DNA of 64,000 nt from Octopus vulgaris (lineage: Eukaryota). Under the pieces are notes generated by a model that made no database searches, was not told the DNA's origin, and worked only from the letters and a program-made list of their open reading frames with translations. Of this stretch, positions 55,553 to 64,000 are shown one piece after another (the first letter of the stretch is position 1; each line of letters begins with the position of its first letter). Position numbers and translations under genes: made by a program. The stretch covers positions 14,570,001 through 14,634,000 of the forward strand of contig OX597821.1 in NCBI GenBank assembly GCA_951406725.2. The letters run 5' to 3'.

Positions 55553-57780
55553 CTTAATACATACAATAAAACAGACACATACACACACATAGAATAAAGC
55601 AGGCACAGGCACACACACACATAGAATGAAGTAGGCATACATAAGCACACACACACACAGATGTACACACATAGAAAGCAAATCTTGCAACAATATAAAA
55701 GAAGTTAGTACTTTCACAATCAATAAACTACAAACACTCATACAAATATATAATTCTACATACATACTTATTATATACTCGATCACCTAATAAACTGGAA
55801 TAATCACAGAATGCACACTTCTCTCAAAGGATGGGAGAAAGACATGATGTAGGCAATGAAGACCATTCAGCTTTTGTTTCTGACATAAAGGAACAGTTCT
55901 GCATGCATACAATATGGTATTCAAAACGGTAACCAAATATAAAAAAAACAAAAAACACATGAAATATTGGTTTACTAGTAAATTAACTAAATTGAGATAT
56001 GTAAGTGTGTAAACAAAATTTGTTAATTATATAAATTCATTTTTCTGGATGAGGAGATATATGTGTCTGTTTAACGAAATCTTGTATTCTAAGCAATAAG
56101 CATGAATTTGAAGTATACAGTATCAAGAATAAGGAGGAATGGCTTTTGGGGAGGAATATTCTTCACGGTGACATGCAAAAGGCTTCAAGGATAGGGAATT
56201 CGATTCTACTGTTGTTTAATGACAACTGTAGCTTTGAAGCCATTTATATGTGTGTGTGTGTGTGTGTGTATGTGTGTGTGCAGATTTGTGTAAATGTATT
56301 AGGATCTTTCTATTATACTTTTTAAACAGATTTCGGAGAAGCTGCAGAACACCTTTGCCAGTGCAGCTTGGACATTGTAAACACAGTGATGATGAAGATG
56401 ACGACAATGTCGATGATGATGATGATGATGGTAAAGTGAGATGCTGGGGATAAAGATGATTTAGTTTGCATATAGATATATTAGTATTGATAATAATAAT
56501 GATGATGATGATGATGAAGGTGGTGGTGATGATTTCTTTTTTCCATAACTATGAAGCTGGTCCGGAGAGAGAGAAGAAAGGGGGAAGATTTGACATTCAT
56601 GACTTTACTAAGAATATTAGATTATCAAAGTAGTTGTGGTAGCAGTAATAATAGTAGTAGTTGTGATATCAAAAAAAAAAAAAGAAAAAAGATTTTTATT
56701 TCAAATGCACTGACAGGAAGCGTGAAATTTGTGTTTTACTTCAGGTGAAACTGCCAAGCATTCTTTGTAAATGCTCTCTCTTGCAGAATTTGCAGTGTTT
56801 TGGAATAAAATGAAAGTACAGTGGTGGGAATACAAATAAAGGCACTTGGTAAAAATGAGATATCGCAAGAGATTGCATATGACAATGATGAGAGAGAGAG
56901 AGAAAGAGAGAGAGAGAGAAAGCTGGATGTTGATGTTGACGATAACGATGCTGATACGAAAGATAATTGTGATATATTGGATTTGGTGGTGATAATGTCG
57001 AGGCAGACAGCAATGATGATGATAATGATGATGATGGTGATAATAATAATAATAATGGTATTAATGGTATTAATAATGATGGTGAGGAGGTTTGAAAAAT
57101 GTTGCTCTAGTGGTGGGTAGCAGATGACAGTAATAGTATAGACTTGGTTAACATTGTTGGCGATGATTATGATTACTAAAGGAGCTCAGATTCTGATAAT
57201 GACAATGGTGGTGACGTGGTGATGGTGGTGGTGATGGTGGTGATGTGGGTTGGCAAAAATAGGGATTGAAGAACTGGTTAGAGAAGTGATGGTGGTGATG
57301 GTGATGGTGATGGTGATATTGTGTTGGTTGTGACAGATAGACTTGATAGTGATATGGGAAAAGAGAGAAAGTAAATATGGTTCTGTGAAAACTGAATAAT
57401 TATGAAGGATGATGAAGATGTGGATGACAACGAAGATAGGATGTGGGTAGCAGTAATGAATTAGAAGAAAAATAAAACTAAAAACAAAATTAAAGTTGTG
57501 TTTTCTTTTAGAGAAAGACATAAAAGTGTGAGGAACAGAATTCAACAGAAATAACATGAATCACAAGAAAAAAAATTACAAAACATACAAAAAAAGGGGA
57601 AAAAGATGGTGAAACAAGACAGTTAAAGAATACATTACAGAGTGAAATGAATGAGGTGTGGGTAAAATAATGCATAGAAAATAATCTAATAATAATATAT
57701 ACACACATGCATATGTATACATGAGTGTATGTGTGTGGATATTTATATAGATGAGAACGATATAAAATATTTTTACTTAC

Positions 57781-57865
57781 TCGTTTGCTAGAATAGCAAG
57801 TGTTGCTATTAGAAACATCAGGGATGTCAGCACAAGCAAGACCCACCCTGGATCTTATGATCCAT
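57781..57865 (-). CDS. Candidate first coding exon encoding a signal-peptide-like segment
   Basis: Consensus donor GA|GTAAGT at 57780; frame reads GWVLLVLTSLMFLIATLAILAN(D/E); in-frame ATG at 57818, upstream ATG at 57865 is one base out of frame; sits at the CpG transition. Confidence 0.4.
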
Positions 57866-57903
57866 AATGCCACATTATATATATATACATATATATATAT
57901 ATA

Positions 57904-57940
<37 letters not shown>

Positions 57941-58579
57941 TGATGTAAAGTACGTATATATATCACCCGGGCACGAGCCCTTAAGTTCCAAAAATATCCA
58001 AATGTGGTGATCCCATTGTTGTCAGCAGCTAAATCCCTGGATAATCCTCTGATGTGAGAGTGTGTCTGTGAGTGTGTTTGTACGCGCGCGTGTGTGTGTG
58101 TGTGTGTATGTGTATGTATGTATATATATATATATGCTTGTGTGTGTATGTATGTTTGAATGTATGTTTTTAGAGAAACAGATGCGACGATATGGCTAAC
58201 ACACAAATGAGGCTCTCTGAGAGTGTGTGAGAGAAATACAGACAGTAACTGAAGGAGAGAGGAAGAAACGGAAGCAGAATGAGAGAGAGAGAGAGCGGGG
58301 GGGGGGGGGGCAGAGAGTAAGTCTGTGTATTTATACGAAATGATTATAAGTGGTAGAAATAGAAAGATAGGTAGATCAATAGCGCGCGTGACAGGAGAAA
58401 GTAGAAAGAAAGAAAGTTTGAGTGAGATCTGGAGGTAAGTTGAACAGAGAGGTAGATAGAATAGCGTGTTTGTAAAAAAACAAACAAACACGAAATAAAA
58501 AATGAAGGAGGAAGAATTTAAGAAGGAAAGAAGAAAATAAACGAGAGACGGGAAGAGAAAAGGCTTGCGCAGAGATAGT

Positions 58580-59035
<456 letters not shown>

Positions 59036-59397
59036 AGAGAAGGGGGAAGGAGTGAAAGTGGAAGGAAGAGGTGAAGATGCAGCAAACAGCTTCTCGTTGA
59101 AGTGAGTGGCTAAGTTAATTATTGATGTAGTTCATAGCAGCCACTGTATGTGCGCGTATCGTTTGACAATCATATGGCGTAGAGAGAAGGTGAACAGTTT
59201 TGGCTGTGCAGACAAACACACGGTGTGTAAACATAAACAGGTACATAAAAATCATTTAAACATGCGTTTTATGGATTTCGGGTTTATTATCGTTATTTTT
59301 TCTGTTTCCGTTTCATTCCAAGTTTATTATTATTTTTAATACACCCTTTTTTTTCTTTTTGTCACTAAGCAGCCCCTAACGTGGCTATAATAGTTGT

Positions 59398-59533
59398 CGT
59401 CTTTGCCTTTCATCCTCTCGGGGTCGATAAATTAAGTACCAGTTACGCACTGGGGTCGATGTAGTCGACTTAATCCCTTTGTCTGTCCTTGTTTGTCCCC
59501 TCTGTGTTTAGCCCCTTGTGGGTAGTAAAGAAA
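59398..59533 (+). mobile_element. SINE B, 5'-truncated
   Basis: ctttgcctttcatcctctcggggtcgataaattaagtacc...gtagtaaagaaata. Confidence 0.85.
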
Positions 59534-60446
59534 TATATAATATTTATATATATATATATGCCTTGAGGAATTCGAAGTTTTATTCAGCAACGGATATAAA
59601 ACGCCTACAAATATACATACATGCGCGGGTATATAAAAGTAATAATACGCTGCTTGTTATTTTCATCTCTCTTTCTCTCTCTCTCTTTTGCTCTTTCTCT
59701 CTCACTGTCTCACATATGCACGCGTGCACACGCACACATACGCACCCTCACACATAAGCCTCACTCAGATTATCTTGTACGTGGCTAATAGGCCGACTAG
59801 AAAAAGGAAATAAATATTACTCAAATCACGCCATAACATCTCAGTTAAGTAAATAACATTATATATATGTATATATATATATATAAAAGCAATGCAATCC
59901 TAGATACACTTAAAAAAAGACAGTTGTGGTCTCACGACCAGAATGGCTTTAATTACAGGTTTGTTTTCTTTTAGGGTTGACTTGTGACAAGTTTTTCAGA
60001 GAAAGCAAATACAGGTAATGAATTCGAATAAATATGTGTCCGAGTGAATGGATCTCATCGGCGTCGACGAGTGTTGTTGTTTATCAACGTCCTACCTACT
60101 CATTGAATAACAAAATATGACTGGTTATTCCACAGACACTATCACCCTCCTTGGCGTATTCTTCGGATAGAAACCAGCATAGCTGTGTGAGTGTGTGTGT
60201 ATGTGTGTGACAAGCAAGGGTGAACATTTTAGAATTCCAGGTAAGAGTCCATTCAGCGGACGTCCACACAGTTTTGCGTCTTACTCAGATTCACTCACAG
60301 GCTTGTATTAGTGTATCGACGCGAAGCTATTGTCGAAGATGCTTGGCAGAAGACAAAGGAATTGAACGTACGTGGCGTGAAACACGACTGCGAAGTAAAC
60401 TTCTTAACCGTTCAGCTATATTACATATATATATATATATACATTT

Positions 60447-60489
<43 letters not shown>

Positions 60490-60494
<5 letters not shown>

Positions 60495-60508
60495 CCCCAT
60501 CACACACA

Positions 60509-60554
<46 letters not shown>

Positions 60555-60569
60555 CCCCCATCACACACA

Positions 60570-60607
<38 letters not shown>

Positions 60608-60622
60608 CCCCAATCACACACA

Positions 60623-60668
<46 letters not shown>

Positions 60669-60690
60669 CCCCCATATATATATATATATA
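60490..60690. repeat. Composite minisatellite tagtcccccatcacacacacgca(ta)n, 3 full units plus 1 partial
   Basis: Units begin at about 60490, 60551, 60604 and 60665. Confidence 0.9.
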
Positions 60691-60774
60691 TATACGAAAG
60701 AAGATTTGAAAATGCAATTTAAAAGATGTTTAAACATCTTTTAAATTGCATTTTCAAATCTTCTTTCGTATATA
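60689..60774. repeat. Perfect 86-bp palindrome without spacer
   Basis: tatatacgaaagaagatttgaaaatgcaatttaaaagatgttt|aaacatcttttaaattgcattttcaaatcttctttcgtatata. Confidence 0.95.
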
Positions 60775-61402
60775 ATTCCACTCGTGCGGTACCCCACAAC
60801 TCCACTTTGTTATATATATATATATATATATATATCGCGCAATAATCCTTTCCCGATTTACCTTCCTAATCGTTGAATAAGTTAGCTGCAATTCTTTGTT
60901 GAAAAAAAAAAAAAAAAAAAGGGAGAAATTTTTCTCGTAGATGAAATGAAAAGAGAGAAAGAGAAACAGGCGGTAAGTTCCTAAGACAGGTAACTTCTTT
61001 AAACCTCTCATTGCGTACACTTTCTTTCGATCACTCCTTCTCTCTGCCTTTCTCTCTTGCTGTTATATCTATCTATCTATCTGTACTTTTTTGTATCTAT
61101 ATACGCATTTCTCTGTGGGGTTGAAACGTTTCTAAAGGTTTTAATACGTTTCTATATAATATAATTTGTATGTTTGTGAAGAACATCAACGTGTAACGCA
61201 AAACAATTCTTTGAGAAGAAAAAAAAAATTGTAGGTGGATATATATTTCTGAAATATTGTAAGTATATATATATATATATATATATAATAGACGTAGCAT
61301 TCGTAGATACTCCACAAAAATCATTCTATACAAATGGATTATACACAATATATCCACCACACGTACACATTGTGTGCGTATGTATGCATGTGCGTGCGTA
61401 TG

Positions 61403-61465
<63 letters not shown>

Positions 61466-61979
61466 AGCACAACTGTAGCATACACATATACGTCTTAGAC
61501 TAAATCGTTTGAACCGATCCACAACAAACATAATTATATACGTTCACAGACATGACAAAATATATTTTATTCGTTCAACAGTTAAATTATAACAGGCATA
61601 TATATCTACGACAGTTCAGTTTTGTTTATCAATTCGAAGAAATTATTCCACCCCTCTTTATTTGTTTAGTTATTTTTTATCATTATCGTTACTTTGCTCA
61701 AGAAACTTTGGCCTGCTTTATCTTAAAATTAACGCACATGCGAAACTTGCGCAATCAGACATAGAGATGGATACAAGCCTAATTCTGTATAGCTGAAGAA
61801 GCTTCATCATCCGTGATGTAATAAAAAGGGAAAGGGAAGAGCTATATATGCATTGGAAGAGAAAGTCCGCTGTGTGTATGAATTGCGGACGTTGGGCTTT
61901 CTCTGTTCGTTCTAATTGTCGCGGCCAATTATTTTTTCACAACGTTAATAATAATAATAATAGATAATAATAATAAGTA

Positions 61980-62930
61980 TTATTTCAAATTTTTGCCACA
62001 AAGGCAGCTTGCGGGGAAGGTGAGGACGAGTCGATTACATCGACTCCAGTGTTCAACTGGTACTTATTTTATCGACCCTGAGAGGATGAAAGGCAAAGTC
62101 GACCTCGGCGGAATTTGAACTTAGAATTGAGCAAGAAGAAATGCCGCTAAGCATTTTGTCCGACGCACCAATGATTCAATCCGCTCGTCCCCTTCATGTA
62201 ATAATAACAGTGATCCTTTCTGCTAAAGACACAAGAATTTGGGGGAAGAGGACTAGTCGATTACACCGACTTCAGTGTTTCACTGGCACTTAATTTATCG
62301 ACCCCCCAAAAGGATGAAAGGCAAAGTCGACCTCGGCGGAATTTGAACTCAGAACGTAGGGGCAAGCGAAATTTCTGGGTTTTTTTTATTACCCACAAGG
62401 AGCTAAACACAGAGGGGACAAACAAGGACAGACAAACGGATCAAGTCGATTACATCGACCCCAGTGCGTAACTGGTACTTAATTTATCGACCCCGAAAGG
62501 ATGAAAGGCAAAGTCGACCTCGGCGGAATTTGAACTCAGAACGTAACGGCAAACGAAATATCGCTAAGCATTTCGCCCGGCGTGCTAATGATTCTGCAAA
62601 TTTTTGTCACAAGAGCAGCTTGGGAGGTGAGTCGATTACATCGACCTCAGTGGCAAAGTCGACCTCGGTGGAATATGAACTCAGAACGTAAAGATGGATT
62701 ATATGCCGTTAAGATTTTTGCCCGGGGTGCTAACTATTCTGCAGGCTCGTCGTCTTAACAAAAATAATAATAATAATAATTCTTTCTACTACTGGTACAA
62801 GGCCTCATGCTAATCGATATCACTAAACCCTAGTACTTGATTGGTACTTTATTTTATCAACCCTGAAAGGATGAAAGAAAAGTCGACCTCGGCGGAATTC
62901 GATCTCTGTATGTAAAAGGCTGGAAGAAAG
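61980..62930 (-). mobile_element. Cluster of about five tandem/nested SINE B copies
   Basis: aaagtcgacctcggcggaatt recurs at ~62095, 62323, 62510, 62655 and 62879. Confidence 0.85.
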
Positions 62931-63335
62931 GCTCACCGTTTTTTTCCCGCCAAATCTGTAACCCATGTGTGTAAGTTAGAAAATATTTTTATGTCCTTGC
63001 AGAATTTCGCTACATCCCTTTACGTTACGAGTTCAAATTCCACGAAGCCCGATAAAACCAAGTACCAACCAGTTTAATACCGATGTCGATTTAATTGCTT
63101 GAAAGATGTAGTAAAGTCGTGCGCTTAAATATGAATGAAGGTGGACCGGCGGGTGCGGTAGAACACCGGAGTAAAACACCCTACATCATTTAGTTGTCTT
63201 TACATTTCGAGTTAAAATTTCCTGTAGACAGTTTTGGATTTGCACTTCCTAGGGTCTGTAAAATTAACAGCTGGGGTCAATATAATTGATTATACCCACA
63301 CCTGTTTCAAATTTGCTCATGTTTAGGAATCAATA

Positions 63336-63566
63336 GGCGGCGAGCTGGCAGAAACGTTAGCACGCCGGGCGAAATGCGTAGCCGTATTTCGTCTGCCGTT
63401 ACGTTCTGAGTTCAAATTCCGCCGAGGTCGACTTTGCCTTTCATCCTTTCGGAGTTGATAAATTAAGTACCAGTTGCGCACTGGGGTCGATGCAATCGAC
63501 TCAATCCGTTTGTCTGTCCTTGTTTGTCCTCTCTGTGTTTAGCCCCTTGTGGGTAGTAAAGAAATA
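63336..63566 (+). mobile_element. Full-length young SINE B with 20/21-bp TSD
   Basis: TSD gctcatgtt(t)aggaatcaata at 63315-63335 and 63567-63586. Confidence 0.92.
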
Positions 63567-63709
63567 GCTCATGTTAGGAATCAATACTATCCTTGTATAT
63601 TTTACTTCAAACCCTGTTAAGGTCGGACTTTACTTTTCGCCCTTTTGGGGTTGATGAAATAAGAGCCAGTCAAGAACAGCTGTTGCTGATGATGATGATG
63701 TGGATTATA

Positions 63710-63855
63710 TGTTTAGTTCCAGGTCAATCTTCACCAAACAGAGTTATGATCAAAAGCGTTCCAGTCGGGACTATCCAATCTTTTCCTTTTTATCATGTGT
63801 CCCTTTGCTTAAATCTGGGATACGATTTGAGGGAAATTTGGCTGCTATTCAATGG
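63710..63855 (-). repeat. Old interspersed repeat with relatives at ~31440-31600, 42790-42980 and 59780-59990
   Basis: Shared motifs tatgatcaaaagcgttccag and gatttgagggaaatttggctgctatt, or their reverse complements. Confidence 0.5.
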
Positions 63856-64000
63856 TTTGTCATGCTGATGACGGAGATTTAGTCACCCACATCTTCCATT
63901 CACTCACCCATTTCTAAGATTTGCACACCTTACATACGTATTTTACTACTACTACTAACACACACACACACACAAGGTGGAAAAAAGAGTACTCAAATAC

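Noticed and set aside
57508-58491. 327-aa minus-strand ORF
   Set aside because: Mostly microsatellite and GA-rich low complexity; the plausible coding frame at 57781-57865 is a different one
60490-60690. CRISPR-like repeat-spacer appearance
   Set aside because: Spacers are just (TA)n, the DNA is eukaryotic and there are no cas genes

Overview
AT-rich, repeat-saturated eukaryotic DNA. From my recollection of the SINE families, it is most likely octopus (Octopus sp.); this is an inference and no database was searched. No complete protein-coding gene is supportable, and nearly all long ORFs in the track are (TA)n/(CA)n/(ATT)n microsatellite artefacts or SINE read-throughs. The window contains four tRNA-type SINE families (labelled A, B, C, E here), an RTE-tailed repeat family D with internal hairpin arrays, and four non-autonomous Helitrons. 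It also holds a decayed hATm-like transposon, a mariner relic, nested piggyBac-type MITEs, LINE fragments (CR1, RTE, R4/Dong-like, Jockey/CR1-group) and a ~3-kb (TA)/(TACA) satellite. The most interesting signals are: (1) several short elements carrying minimal type-I hammerhead-ribozyme motifs with palindromic stem III (Penelope-like/retrozyme architecture), one with an inverted, core-deleted copy of itself; (2) a perfect 86-bp spacerless palindrome; (3) a Helitron flanked by a 46/47-bp direct duplication; (4) an apparent CpG-poor to CpG-rich transition at ~57.8 kb, coinciding with a candidate signal-peptide-encoding first exon on the minus strand; (5) many closely spaced inverted SINE pairs that could form ADAR substrates.
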